Assembly: GCA_032250835.1 (NCBI GenBank)
Contig: JAVVEA010000014.1
Coordinates: 1-64,000, forward strand
Source of the DNA: a bacterium
Lineage (GTDB): Bacteria; SAR324; XYD2-FULL-50-16
Reading direction: 5' to 3'
Length of the DNA stretch: 64,000 nt
A program made the translations under genes and the position numbers. The notes under the pieces are model-generated. The model was not told the origin of the DNA, did not search any database, and was given only the letters and a program-made list of their open reading frames with translations. Of the stretch, positions 8,994 to 19,895 are shown piece after piece (position 1 is the first letter of the stretch; every line of letters starts with the position of its first letter).

Positions 8994-11564
8994 ATGCAAA
9001 AGCTCCTGACCGAATTCGCCATCAGGCGTCCCAAAATGATCATGGTTTTGGGTTTCCTGATCACCCTTGGCTTCCTGGCCGCCTTCCCTAGCCTGAAGAC
9101 CGATACCGACCCGATCAAGATGCTTCCGGCCGACAACCCGGCCATTACGTTATACAAACAAGTTAAAAAAGACTTTGCCATCAACGACCTAGTCGTTTTG
9201 GGGATTAAGTCCAAAAACGGCGACTCCCTCTTTACTCCCGGTGAATTGGCTAAGATCCACGCCATCACCGAAGAGATCTTAGAGATCCAAGAACCGCCCG
9301 CAGAGACTAGCTTCTTTAGCGAAGTCTTTAAGAAGATGCAGTTCCTTAAAGACCACGATCAGGTTCGCAGCCAGCGCATCTTCATTAAAGAAGACGTGAT
9401 CGCCCTTTCGGTGATCGACGATATCGTCAAAACCGAAGCAGGCGAGCTTTCGCTGGAGCCGCTGATGGGCCAGCCGCCCCAGACCCAAGCCGAGGCGAGC
9501 GCGATTTTAGACAAGCTTAACGGCAACCCCATCTTCGCAGGCAAATTGGCCGCCGAGGACGGCTCGCTGGTGGGCATCTACCTACCCCTTGAGCCGGGCA
9601 AGAAAGACCGCGCCTATTACCTGGGCCAGCGCATGAAGGAGATCGCCCAAAAACACCTGGGCGAAGAACAGACCTACTATTTAGCCGGTCTGCCCATAGC
9701 CGAGAACACCTTCGGCAACGAGATGTTCGTCCAGATGGGTGTCTATGCACCGGCGGCAGGTGTGGTGATCTTCTTGCTGATGCTCTTTTTCTTCCGCAGC
9801 ATCAAACTGGTCGCCGCCCCCATGCTGTTGGGTATGATGGTGGTGATCTGGTCCATGGGTGCGTTGATCTATTCGGGCAACAGCATCCACATCATGTCCT
9901 CGATGATCCCTATCTTCCTGCTGCCCATTGCCGTGCTGAACTCGATCCATATCCTCAGCCGCCTGCACGACAACTTGGCCAACCACGAAGCGCGCGAAGA
10001 CGCCATCCGCCACGTGATGAAGCAGTTGTTTAACCCCATGCTCTTCACGTCGGTGACGACCATCGTCGGCTTCGTCTCGCTCGCCACCACCGGTATCCCC
10101 CCGGTAGTGGTCTTCGGTGTGACCGTGGGCTTTGGGGTCTTTTTGAGTTGGTTGCTCTCGATGATCTTCATCCCCGCCTACTTCAGCCTGCTTTCCGAAG
10201 ATGCGCTGAAAAACTTCGGCAAGAGCGAAGAAGACAAGAAGAGTGTGGTCATGGAAGTGGTGCAGATGTTTAAAGGCATCGCCAATCAGGCCCCTCATGT
10301 GGTCATCGCCGCTGCGGTACTGACGCTGGGCATCGCTGCCTACGGCCTGCCGAAGATCATCATCAACGACAACCCGGTCCGTTGGTTTAAAGACGACCAT
10401 TTCCTGCGTCAGGCCGATCAGGTGATGAATAACAAACTGGCCGGTACCTATCTGGCTAACTTAGTGTTCACCGCCCCCAAACCCGCCGGTGACGTCAAGG
10501 CCCCCGAATCGGAAACTGGGGACGCCTTCGGTTCGGCCTTCGACGCCTTTGATGAGCCCGCCGGAGCACCCGCCCCTTCGATCAAGGACCCTCAGGTGAT
10601 CGCCTACATGGAGCAGCTCTCGCAGCACCTCCAGAAGATCGAATCAGCCGAAGGTGCGCGCATCGTCGGCGGGGTGGTTAGTTTGGTGGACATCCTCAAG
10701 AAGATCGGCACCGTCGCCTACGACGACCCCAGTCTGCCCACCACCCGCGAACAAGTGGGTCAGTATATGTTCCTCTTTGAGTCCGGCGACCGCAACCGGG
10801 GCAAGGATATGTGGAAGTTCGTCACTCGCGGCGAGGCCGATCAGGCCCAGATGTGGGTGCTATTTAAGTCCGGTGACAACCAGACGACCATCCAAGTGGT
10901 CGAGGCGGCTACAAGCTTTATGGCGGAAAACCCTCCGCCGACCTTCACTCTCGCCGACGGTAGCGAAGCTAGCCTGAAGGTCGAGTGGTCAGGTCTGACC
11001 TACATCAACAAGGTCTGGCAAGACGAGATGGTGGAAGGGATGATCTATTCCTTGATCGGTAGCTTCGGCATCGTTTTCGCCATGATGGTTTTCTTGTTCC
11101 GCTCGGTGCTTTGGGGCCTGATCAGCATGTTGCCCCTGACCCTGACGATCATGATGATCTACGGCGGCATTGGTTACACCGGAACGTTTTACGACATGCC
11201 CATTGCCGTGCTCTCAAGCTTAACCTTGGGACTTTCGGTGGACTTTGCCATCCACTTCATCGAGTCCACCCGCGACCTGCACAAGGAAACCAAAGACGGA
11301 CAGAAGACCTTCTTCGCCATCTTCGACGGCACCGCCCAGGCGATCTGGCGCAACGTGTTGGTCATCTCCATCGGCTTCACGCCGCTGTTCTTTAGCGGCT
11401 TGGTGCCTTACATGACCGTAGGTAGTTTCTTTTTCGCCATCATGTTGGTCAGCGGCATCACCACGCTGATTTTGCTTCCGGCGATCATCCGGCTCTACCA
11501 CCGCTTCTTGCCCGGACTCAAGCCGAGCGTCCAATCGGCGAGCAGCCTGCGTAAGTCCGCCTAG
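8994..11564 (+). CDS. MMPL/RND-family transporter
   Basis: Two repeats of periplasmic loop + TM bundle; GLSVDFAIHF motif; start moved to MQKLL. Confidence 0.9.
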   Translation: MQKLLTEFAIRRPKMIMVLGFLITLGFLAAFPSLKTDTDPIKMLPADNPAITLYKQVKKDFAINDLVVLGIKSKNGDSLFTPGELAKIHAITEEILEIQEPPAETSFFSEVFKKMQFLKDHDQVRSQRIFIKEDVIALSVIDDIVKTEAGELSLEPLMGQPPQTQAEASAILDKLNGNPIFAGKLAAEDGSLVGIYLPLEPGKKDRAYYLGQRMKEIAQKHLGEEQTYYLAGLPIAENTFGNEMFVQMGVYAPAAGVVIFLLMLFFFRSIKLVAAPMLLGMMVVIWSMGALIYSGNSIHIMSSMIPIFLLPIAVLNSIHILSRLHDNLANHEAREDAIRHVMKQLFNPMLFTSVTTIVGFVSLATTGIPPVVVFGVTVGFGVFLSWLLSMIFIPAYFSLLSEDALKNFGKSEEDKKSVVMEVVQMFKGIANQAPHVVIAAAVLTLGIAAYGLPKIIINDNPVRWFKDDHFLRQADQVMNNKLAGTYLANLVFTAPKPAGDVKAPESETGDAFGSAFDAFDEPAGAPAPSIKDPQVIAYMEQLSQHLQKIESAEGARIVGGVVSLVDILKKIGTVAYDDPSLPTTREQVGQYMFLFESGDRNRGKDMWKFVTRGEADQAQMWVLFKSGDNQTTIQVVEAATSFMAENPPPTFTLADGSEASLKVEWSGLTYINKVWQDEMVEGMIYSLIGSFGIVFAMMVFLFRSVLWGLISMLPLTLTIMMIYGGIGYTGTFYDMPIAVLSSLTLGLSVDFAIHFIESTRDLHKETKDGQKTFFAIFDGTAQAIWRNVLVISIGFTPLFFSGLVPYMTVGSFFFAIMLVSGITTLILLPAIIRLYHRFLPGLKPSVQSASSLRKSA

Positions 11565-11636
11565 ACATCTAAAATCAACGAAGGGCCCGTCTCCGGCGGG
11601 CCCTAACAACCCAACCGATACGAACAGAGGTTTCAC

Positions 11637-12437
11637 ATGTTTAAGTTTAAAGCAATCCTTCTCGCCGCCGCTTTGGCACTGCCTCTTTCGGCTTACGCCG
11701 AATCGGCCTTGGAAATCGTCAAGAAGGCCAGCTTGGCCAGCTACTACGCGGGCGATGATGGCAAGGCGCAGATGCTGATGAAGGTCTACCCCCAAGGGGG
11801 CGGCAAGGCGATTTCTAAGTTATTCGTCATGCTCAAGAAAGACGTTGCCGAAGGGGGAGAGCAGATGTTCCTGACCTATTTCCAACGCCCCTCAGACATC
11901 CAGAAGACGACCTTCTTAGTCCACAAGAAGATTGGCGAAGATGACCTCCGCCGTCTTTACCTGCCCGCTTCGGACAAGGTATTGGCCATCTCGGGCGCTC
12001 GCAAGCAGGACCCCTTTATGGGCTCTGACTTCTCCTATGAAGACGTCTCGGGCCGCCATTTTTCCAAAGATGACCACAAACTACTCGGCGAAGAGACGCT
12101 GAAAGAACAGGCGGCGTTTATCGTTGAGTCGACGCCCAAGGTTAAAGAAGAGAAGATCGCCCGCATGAAGGCCTGGATCGCTAAGGACAGCTACATCCCC
12201 CTTAAGGTGGAGTTTTACGACCACCAAGGCGAAGTCTTTAAGATCTATAAAACCGGTAAGGTGATGGAAATCGACGGGATCACCACGATCATGCATCAGG
12301 TCATGGAATCGCCCAAGCGGGGTACGAAGACCGAGCTGCTGGTCAACCCGAAGCAAGTTGCCTACAACCTGGGCCTGAGCGAAAGCGTCTTCAGCGAGCG
12401 CAGCCTGAAGAACCCACCGATGCAATACATCCGCTAA
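11637..12437 (+). CDS. Outer-membrane lipoprotein-sorting (LolA-like) periplasmic protein
   Basis: Signal peptide; LYLPA..KV..I...FMGSDFSYED motif; GAGG RBS. Confidence 0.85.
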   Translation: MFKFKAILLAAALALPLSAYAESALEIVKKASLASYYAGDDGKAQMLMKVYPQGGGKAISKLFVMLKKDVAEGGEQMFLTYFQRPSDIQKTTFLVHKKIGEDDLRRLYLPASDKVLAISGARKQDPFMGSDFSYEDVSGRHFSKDDHKLLGEETLKEQAAFIVESTPKVKEEKIARMKAWIAKDSYIPLKVEFYDHQGEVFKIYKTGKVMEIDGITTIMHQVMESPKRGTKTELLVNPKQVAYNLGLSESVFSERSLKNPPMQYIR

Positions 12438-12509
12438 AGGCGCTTCAACTAAAGCGCTAAACACCAATTGGGGCCGCTTAAGCGGCCCTGTAAGCGAACC
12501 AAAGGAATC

Positions 12510-13943
12510 ATGAACTATCAGGTCAAGCAACTTACGCTGAGCCTAGCGGCGGCGCTCGCCCTTTGGACGGGCCCAGCTCAGGCACAAGAATTTGAATCGG
12601 ATTTTGCCTCGGAGTTCACTGAGGCGGCTGGGGCTATGGCTCCGGCCCAAAGCGCCGGTCCCGCCTGGACCGGTTTTTTGAGCTGGGAGCAGGGCGGTCA
12701 CTTTGGCGAGCCCTCAGAAAATGAGCGTCAGCGGGTTTTGGACCAGACCCGCTTTCGATTGAAGACCTCTAAATCCACCGAGGTAGGCAAGCTCGACTTG
12801 AAGCTCGACTTCGTCGATGACGGCGTCTTGAACGAGGCCTACCTGGACCTACGCGAAGGCCGCATCACCACCACGCCCTTTTCCTGGATGGACCTTTCGG
12901 TGGGCAAGCAGGTCAACACCTGGGGTGTCGGGGATATGCTCTTCATCAACGATCTGTTCCCGAAGAACTGGATGGCCATGTTCTTAGGAAAAGACATGGA
13001 GTTCATGAAGGACCCGGCCAATTCGGCGCGGGTCTCGACCTATCTTGGGCCGGTTACCTTTGATTTGGTCTACCATCCCCAATTCGCGCCGGACACCACG
13101 CCTAATGGCTGTGTGTTCGCTGTCTATAACCCCAACAGCCTGCTCGACGCTTCCCAGCCCGCCTTAGCGGGGAACGCCGGCGCTTGCGGCAGCCCGCCCG
13201 CCGCCAGCCTGCGCGACGGGCAATACGACCATGACGAGATCGCCGGACGCCTCAAGGCCAACTTAGGCGGCTTCGAGCTGGCCTTGTATGGCTACCATGG
13301 CTTTTATAAGAACCCGCGGGGCATGGAGTTGAGTGTCGACTCGAGCGGCGCGATGAGTCTCGCGGCCATCTATCCGCGCTTGAGTGTGCAGGGAGCCTCG
13401 CTCGAAGGGCAACTAGGCCCAGGCATCATGAACTTTGAGGCAGGCAATTACGACTCCCTTGACGATCCAGACGGCACCCAAGCGCTGATCGAAAACGGTG
13501 CCCTCAAAGGGCTGATCGGCTACCGCATGGACTTCAGTGCCCACTTCTCGGCGGGGATTCAGGTCTATCAAGAGACCATGAAGGAATACGCCGCCTATGA
13601 GCAGTCCATTGTGAGCATGTACCAGTCTATGGGCCTGAGCGAAGCTATGGCCGAGGCGCAGCCCGGCTATATCTACCGCAAGGAAGAACAACACCAGACC
13701 TATACCCTACGCTTGACGTTTAAGGCCCAGCAAGAAACGCTCTGGATCAACTTCTTCGGCTATCAGCGCCCCCAAGACAGAGACGGGTTTTATAAGCTCG
13801 ATCTGACCAAGCGGGCCAGTAACGCCCTGAGCATGACCTTCGGCGTCAACCTCTTTGAGGGGGATGTCCACTACCAAGACCGAGATTTTGGGATGCTCGC
13901 CGCCGAAGACAACGCCTTTTTGCGCCTGACCTACAACTACTAG
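12510..13943 (+). CDS. Putative outer-membrane beta-barrel partner of the MMPL/LolA-like pair
   Basis: Signal peptide ending AQA; VGKQVNTWGVGD motif; amphipathic strands; C-terminus LRLTYNY; AAGGA RBS. Confidence 0.75.
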   Translation: MNYQVKQLTLSLAAALALWTGPAQAQEFESDFASEFTEAAGAMAPAQSAGPAWTGFLSWEQGGHFGEPSENERQRVLDQTRFRLKTSKSTEVGKLDLKLDFVDDGVLNEAYLDLREGRITTTPFSWMDLSVGKQVNTWGVGDMLFINDLFPKNWMAMFLGKDMEFMKDPANSARVSTYLGPVTFDLVYHPQFAPDTTPNGCVFAVYNPNSLLDASQPALAGNAGACGSPPAASLRDGQYDHDEIAGRLKANLGGFELALYGYHGFYKNPRGMELSVDSSGAMSLAAIYPRLSVQGASLEGQLGPGIMNFEAGNYDSLDDPDGTQALIENGALKGLIGYRMDFSAHFSAGIQVYQETMKEYAAYEQSIVSMYQSMGLSEAMAEAQPGYIYRKEEQHQTYTLRLTFKAQQETLWINFFGYQRPQDRDGFYKLDLTKRASNALSMTFGVNLFEGDVHYQDRDFGMLAAEDNAFLRLTYNY

Positions 13944-13962
13944 GCCAGCACCCCGTACCCTT

Positions 13963-14003
13963 AAAGGCCCGGTTTCCTTTTTGGGGAGACCGGGCCTTTT
14001 TTT
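13963..14003 (+). terminator. Rho-independent terminator
   Basis: AAAGGCCCGGTTTCC-loop-GGAGACCGGGCCTTTTTTT. Confidence 0.9.
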
Positions 14004-14196
14004 GCCCTTCGGCTCACCTCGAAGCAAACACCTCATTTGGAAATAGGCCCGGCCCCTGTTATCTGTTATTTTTCCTGACCTTGTTCCCGGAATCAGGCCT
14101 AGTATAGGGAGGGGGACGGACCGACAGTAGTGCGACCGGCATTTTGAAACCTAGCGTTTTTGTGCTAAGCTCTATGGTAACCCTTTGGAGCTACAG

Positions 14197-15183
14197 ATGC
14201 AAAAAAACGTCGGTTATCAAATGCCCCCAACCCGATACAACGAAGCAGGCGAACTGAGGCGCGTGGGTTTTGAGCTGGAATTCACCTCCGGCGACTTCCC
14301 TGCTTTGGCCCGCCGCCTAGCCGCCCTGTACGACAGGGAGCCTCAAAAAAAGAATCCCTTCATTTATCAATTTGATAGCCCCTGGGGGCTTTTTCAATTG
14401 GAATTAGACGCCAAGCTTTTAAAAGAGCAGGGCTACCGCAAACAGATTGAGAAGCTGGGCCTAGAATTGCCGCCTGCTTGGACGGAGCAGTTCGATCAAT
14501 GGACCTTAGAGATGGCCCAGATCTTTGTGCCCCAAGAGTTGATCACGCCGCCCCTACCCTTAGACCAACTGGCGCAATTAGACCGGCTGGCCGAGACGCT
14601 GATAGAACACAACAGCCAAGGCACGGGGGCTTCTTTTTTGTATGCTTTTGGATTCCAGTTTAATCCTGAAGTTGCCCAAATCAAAGCGCGGCCCATTTTG
14701 AACCAACTGCGGGCCTTTTTGCTCCATTATGAGGCGCTGATCCAAAGCTCTCAAAGCGACCTCAGCCGCCGTCTCGCGCCCTATATCCGCGCCTTTCCGC
14801 AAGAGTATGTGCGCAAGATTCTCGACCCTAGCTACCAGCCTGACCTCACCGCGCTAATGGACGACTATCTGAGCTACAACCCGACACGCAACCGGCCTTT
14901 AGATTTGACGGTGTTATTTGCCCAGGTGGACCAGGACAAGGTGCTGTCTCAAGTGGCTGAGCCGGACCTGATCAAGCCCCGCCCTACCTACCACTACCGC
15001 TTGCCCGACAGCCGGATTGACGAGCCCGGTTGGAGCTTGGCGGCCGAATGGAATCGCTGGGTAAAAATGGAGCGGCTGGCCGAAGACGAAAGGCATCTTG
15101 AGCAACTCTCCCTAGAATACTTAGAGCGTCCCAAGGGGCTTGAGGCCTGGGTGGCGCAAATCAAAGCATGGTTTGAGCCATGA
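14197..15183 (+). CDS. Putative amidoligase (COOH-NH2 ligase family)
   Basis: RRVGFELEF, ELITPPL, YNPTRNRPLDL and RPTYHYRLPD motifs. Confidence 0.85.
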   Translation: MQKNVGYQMPPTRYNEAGELRRVGFELEFTSGDFPALARRLAALYDREPQKKNPFIYQFDSPWGLFQLELDAKLLKEQGYRKQIEKLGLELPPAWTEQFDQWTLEMAQIFVPQELITPPLPLDQLAQLDRLAETLIEHNSQGTGASFLYAFGFQFNPEVAQIKARPILNQLRAFLLHYEALIQSSQSDLSRRLAPYIRAFPQEYVRKILDPSYQPDLTALMDDYLSYNPTRNRPLDLTVLFAQVDQDKVLSQVAEPDLIKPRPTYHYRLPDSRIDEPGWSLAAEWNRWVKMERLAEDERHLEQLSLEYLERPKGLEAWVAQIKAWFEP

Positions 15184-15977
15184 AAAGGCCCAAAATTGCC
15201 GTTACCGGTCCCGTCAAGGGCGGGGCCATGGCCTGGCTATTTATCTCTAACCAATTGCGTTTCCAGGGGGCCCATCCCGTGCGTCTGACCAGCCAGAACC
15301 GGCCTAAGCTTGAGGGCTTTGACGGCCTGATCATCTCCGGCGGCGCAGACATCGATCCGGGATTGTACCCGCAGGGCGAGGGCCTGTTGACGGCAGCGAA
15401 AAAACAGGCGGAACAGCCAAAAAGCCATTGGCTGCGCTTCGCGGTAGGCGCGCTGGTTTACGGTTTGCGCCGATTAGCGGGCATCAAGCAAGGCGCGGGG
15501 TACGACGCCGGACGAGACTCCTTAGAAAAAATGCTGATCGAGCAGGCGCTACAACAGGGCGTCCCGTTGCTAGGTATTTGTCGGGGGATGCAGTTGATCA
15601 ACGTGGTCAGCGGTGGGAGCCTTTATGGAAATCTAGTGGACCACTTCGAACAGGTGAACCACCCCCGGACGGTGCTGCCGCGTATGTATGTGCATCTAGA
15701 GCCCGATTCCCGCTTGGCCGAGGTGGTGCAGACCCAACGCCTAAAGGTCAACGCACTACACCACCAATCGGTCAAAGACTTAGGTCAGTCGCTGCGCGTG
15801 GTAGCACGCACCGAAGCGGGCATTGTTCAAGCCATCGAACGCCCCCAGGGCCCCTTTGTGTTGGGCCTGCAATGGCACCCTGAATACATGCCCCAGGTGG
15901 ACCTGCAACGGGCCCTATTCGCCGAGTTCGTCCGCCAAGCCAAAAAATACGCTGCCGCTGATCAAAAGACGGCTTAA
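15180..15977 (+). CDS. Class I glutamine amidotransferase-like peptidase C26 (gamma-glutamyl hydrolase family)
   Basis: ISGGADIDP, GICRGMQ, VNALHHQ, LQWHPE; ATGA overlap with the amidoligase. Confidence 0.9.
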   Translation: MKRPKIAVTGPVKGGAMAWLFISNQLRFQGAHPVRLTSQNRPKLEGFDGLIISGGADIDPGLYPQGEGLLTAAKKQAEQPKSHWLRFAVGALVYGLRRLAGIKQGAGYDAGRDSLEKMLIEQALQQGVPLLGICRGMQLINVVSGGSLYGNLVDHFEQVNHPRTVLPRMYVHLEPDSRLAEVVQTQRLKVNALHHQSVKDLGQSLRVVARTEAGIVQAIERPQGPFVLGLQWHPEYMPQVDLQRALFAEFVRQAKKYAAADQKTA

Positions 15978-16537
15978 GTTAGACCCACCGATTTGGTGGA
16001 ACCCACCGGACCCTCCGCAGAGATTTTCGATGCTTTGGTGGGCCAATCGGCTAGCTGAATTGCTTTTTGCGCTTGAGCCGAATTGGGCAATGAAACCTTC
16101 TTGTCTGCCCGTTTGCCTATAAATCCACCCTTTCATAGAAAGCTTACTTCCCCTTTGGGATTGCTTTGCAGCCCGGCCTCAGAAGCTGTAAAAATGTCCT
16201 AGGTTGTCCCGATATGTCTTGTTCTGTCCGGTTGCACTGCTTGTACTCCTCTAGGCTTTAGCCCAATACTGGGGCGCAATAGAGCCGGGGCACTAACAGC
16301 CTGGGATATGACCGCCCCCGCCCCCAGTATATTTTGATCCACCCAATCTATTGTCTGTACGCGAGCGAGGTGGTTCGGTTGAATAGAAATGACGGCTGCC
16401 ACAGCCTCTTGGTGTGTTCAACGCCCGTAACCGGTTCGAATTGAACAGGCCGAAGACGCTATGAACTGGATCACCCGCCGCGTTTTCGGTAGTTGGGCTT
16501 TGGCCGCGACGACTAAAAAATCACAGAGGAAATCAAG

Positions 16538-17029
16538 GTGAACTTTAGGTGTTTGGGGCCCTTAGTCCTTGGCCACGAAGAACTCAACCAACAGATAGAC
16601 AATCGGGCTGGCTGGATGCCCTTCGAGGTTCATTTAGGGGACCCATGTTGTCCTTTCATTAGCGGGTGTTTACTAAATGTCCCTCTTGACCATAAAGCCT
16701 TGGCGGTTGCTTCAGAGTGCAAGCCTGTTTTCGAGGCTGAGGTGGCGACTCCTAGTGGTAGCGGAAATTGTCTGGCCCAAAACAATGGGGGCCCATTGCC
16801 CCCAAAGAATCCGAAAGTCTGGTCCAGCAAAACTAGGCCTTTTGTTGCGAACGATCGCGCTTCTGGGCCAAGCCAGGGTACTCTTCTAGTTAAAGAAACC
16901 AGTGAAGACCTACCGGATGTTTTGGCCCAGTTGGAACAGGCGGATTTTGAAGACATGACCAGCCCCAGAACCACACAACTCTTTGATCCGCCCGCCGCGT
17001 TTGAGGGGCTCGGGCTTGACTACTGTTAA
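16538..17029 (+). CDS. Hypothetical ORF, possibly degenerate
   Basis: AGAGGA RBS before a GTG start; no recognisable motif. Confidence 0.25.
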   Translation: MNFRCLGPLVLGHEELNQQIDNRAGWMPFEVHLGDPCCPFISGCLLNVPLDHKALAVASECKPVFEAEVATPSGSGNCLAQNNGGPLPPKNPKVWSSKTRPFVANDRASGPSQGTLLVKETSEDLPDVLAQLEQADFEDMTSPRTTQLFDPPAAFEGLGLDYC

Positions 17030-17451
17030 ACCACCTTCCCGTTAGCTCTCCCCCAGGCGAATCCAACGGCCCTTGGGTCCCCTAAGGGGTTCTATCAAAT
17101 CAGAAAAGCCGAAGACGCATTGGTAAGGATTGCGCGCAAAGAGACTGGTTCACCCCAGGATTTTTTTCTTGTGCCACTCTTTTATTGCCCAACATCAGGT
17201 ATTTTTTTAGCGCGTTAAGTTAGACCCAAGGCTTGTTGACTAGCCTAAGCTGTGTTTGCGCCCCGTTGCAATACCAAGGGCTGTGGAATCACCCGGGTTT
17301 TCAATAAAGGACCTCTAAACAGCGAGACAACAAGGTTCAGATTAGCTAGCTTTAGCTCCTAAGTGGCGGTAACCACAAACCTAAAAGTATACAATAGGCG
17401 CTTTTGCGTCGATGCCACCGGGTAGCCGCAGAACCCCAAAGGGATTAGAAA

Positions 17452-18858
17452 ATGGACGCCCTACCGATTATTAACCTGATTTTTCGAGGGCCTTTTTCGC
17501 GCTTGAGGCAATACTTCGTGGACTCTCAGGATTTCCGTATTGTTGCCTCCTTCGGTGTGACGCTTTGCGGCTTCCTGCTGGTGGTGCCTTTTGCGGTAAA
17601 CGGCTTTGTCCAGGGGCGTTACCTGTTGGCCTGTGGGGCTTCGGCGGTGGCGTTGACGGGGGTACAACACCTGCGCGATTGTGTGCGCGGTAATTATCAA
17701 TCCGGATGGTACATGTATGGGTTGGTGCCCATGGAGGTCCTGTACCTGAGCTTTGCGCTCTATAAACAAGGTGTCTTGGCCACCTATTGGAGCTATCCGG
17801 CCATTATTTCTTTTTATGTTGTGTTGCCCGAGCGGCCCGCTTGGGTGGTCAATGGGCTGTTTATTGCGGTCTTTTTCCCCCAGGTGGCCACACAGATCGA
17901 AGCGAGCTTGGCGACCCGCTACTTTGCAACTTTCATCGGGGTGAACTTTTTTTTGATCATCTTCGTGAGGGTTATCGAAAACCGTCAGCAAGCACTTAAG
18001 AAACAGGCCCTAGATTTACAGAGCGCCTTGCAACAAGTCGAAGAAAGCCATCAGGAGTTGGTAAGAACCCAACAGCAGATGGTGCATTCAGCCAAGATGG
18101 CCTCTTTGGGGGTCTTGGTGGCGGGCGTCGCCCATGAGATCAATAACCCGACCTGCGCCATGCAGTTTAATGTGTTTAACCTGGGGCGCGAGTTGTCGGA
18201 GTTGAAGGAATATTTATTTGGGATGATCGATGATAGCTCGGACCCTGTAGTAATACAGTCATTTGAAGCTAGGTTTGCCAAATTGATCGGACAAACCGGC
18301 ACCTTGGTCACCTCAACCGAACGGATCAAAAACCTTGTGACGGACCTGCGGTCTTTCAGCCGCCTAGATGACTCCCCAGCCCAATGGGCCGACCCGGTGG
18401 CTGATCTCGACCGCAGCGTCCGCTTGCTGCGCACGCAATACAAAGACCAGGTAGAGATTTTCTGCCAGTTGGACGACAGGCCGCAAATCTTTTGCCGGCC
18501 CGATCAACTCAATCAAGTGTATATGAACTTGATGATCAATGCTTGTCAGGCAGTGGTCGCTACGGGGAAACCCGGAATGCTCAAGCTGACCAGCCGTGCC
18601 GATCCGCAGTATTGGGTCTTGAGCATTGAAGACGAAGGCTGTGGTATGAGCCCCACTATTCAAGAACAGATGTTTGACCCTTTTTTTACCACCAAAGACG
18701 TAGGCGAAGGGACCGGCCTGGGGTTGAGTATCTCCTTTGGGATCATCGAGAAACATCAGGGGTACTTTGAGGTCATTTCCAACCAGGGCCAGGGCACCAA
18801 AATTTCCATCTTTCTTCCGCTGCAATCAACTGTTAGTGTTGCTGAGAAAAAAATTTAA
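17452..18858 (+). CDS. Membrane sensor histidine kinase (NtrB-like)
   Basis: About 5 TM; GVAHEINNP H-box; N, G1, F and G2 boxes (FDPFFTTKDVGEGTGLGL). Confidence 0.93.
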   Translation: MDALPIINLIFRGPFSRLRQYFVDSQDFRIVASFGVTLCGFLLVVPFAVNGFVQGRYLLACGASAVALTGVQHLRDCVRGNYQSGWYMYGLVPMEVLYLSFALYKQGVLATYWSYPAIISFYVVLPERPAWVVNGLFIAVFFPQVATQIEASLATRYFATFIGVNFFLIIFVRVIENRQQALKKQALDLQSALQQVEESHQELVRTQQQMVHSAKMASLGVLVAGVAHEINNPTCAMQFNVFNLGRELSELKEYLFGMIDDSSDPVVIQSFEARFAKLIGQTGTLVTSTERIKNLVTDLRSFSRLDDSPAQWADPVADLDRSVRLLRTQYKDQVEIFCQLDDRPQIFCRPDQLNQVYMNLMINACQAVVATGKPGMLKLTSRADPQYWVLSIEDEGCGMSPTIQEQMFDPFFTTKDVGEGTGLGLSISFGIIEKHQGYFEVISNQGQGTKISIFLPLQSTVSVAEKKI

Positions 18859-18947
18859 GCTTCCTCGGAAGTCCAGCGGGGGATACCGGCTTTATAGACT
18901 TATTTTTCAACTGTTTTTGATCCACCTAAAAAACCCAAGACCCTCTT

Positions 18948-19784
18948 TTGAAACTCAAACTCTCACAAAACGAAGGCCTCATCACCCCAGCGCCCAAGTT
19001 AGGGGAAGATGCTCTGATCCTATTGGTAGACGACGAGCCCGAACTCTTGAGCTCCATTCGGGATCTGCTGAGCCCGGATTATAGCCTTTTAACCGCCGAA
19101 GGTGGTCCCCAGGCCTTAGACTTGATTAAAAAACATGGGGACCAGATCCGCCTGATCATCACCGACCAGCGGATGCCGGGAATGACGGGGGTGCAGTTGT
19201 TGACCGAAAGCCTCAAGCTGCTCCCCAACGCGCTGCGCATTGTCTTAACCGGGTACACGGACCTAGCGGACCTGATCGAGATGATCAACCAATGCCAGCT
19301 CCATCAATTCATCACCAAGCCGACGGACCCAAGGAATTTTCAACTGGTGGTGCAGCGGGCTATGGAAACGGCCCAACTGAGGGTTGAAAACCAAAGGTTA
19401 CTGGCGGAATTGCAGGCGGTTAACCGGCTGTTACAAGAAAAAGTCACCTCCCAAGAAATCGAAAAGGGGAGGCGCTTGCACCTAAGCGTATTGCACGCAG
19501 CGGTGGCTCTTTGGCAGATCGGTGCGGGCAAGTCTAGGGCCGACTTGGCGGATGAAAGCGGCTTGTGGAACACCTACTTCGACCCTAGGGGGAGCCTGCG
19601 TTCTAAAACCATGGACCGCTACCTTAACTTCGAAACCTTGCCCAAAAAGCCCAAGTCGCATCTGGTCTTGGGTACGGCCAAATATGTTTTAGAGCGGTGT
19701 CCAGAACCCGAAGCCTTTGCCCGCCAGCTTGAAGAACAGCTGGAGGAATTGAACCTCTTTTTGCTGCAAAACCAGCCTGACTGA
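18948..19784 (+). CDS. Response regulator: REC + ChiS-like DNA-binding domain
   Basis: Reads on the + strand (TTG AAA CTC AAA at 18948; the track label is wrong). LVDDE, ITDQRMP, FITKP; C-terminal W..GKSRADLADESGLW...TMDRYL...LPKKP. Confidence 0.88.
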   Translation: MKLKLSQNEGLITPAPKLGEDALILLVDDEPELLSSIRDLLSPDYSLLTAEGGPQALDLIKKHGDQIRLIITDQRMPGMTGVQLLTESLKLLPNALRIVLTGYTDLADLIEMINQCQLHQFITKPTDPRNFQLVVQRAMETAQLRVENQRLLAELQAVNRLLQEKVTSQEIEKGRRLHLSVLHAAVALWQIGAGKSRADLADESGLWNTYFDPRGSLRSKTMDRYLNFETLPKKPKSHLVLGTAKYVLERCPEPEAFARQLEEQLEELNLFLLQNQPD

Positions 19785-19895
19785 AAGGCTTTTTAGGGGG
19801 CCAGGGGTATAGCGTTAAATCTGGACCGGGGCTAGTTGGCGGCTTGGGGGATCGGTGTTAGTGTCTTCTGGCTGATCTCAAATCGAGGCCGCCCC

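Noticed and set aside
18948-19784. ORF-track minus-strand label (also for 56249..58087)
   Set aside because: The listed proteins translate directly from the plus strand at those coordinates.
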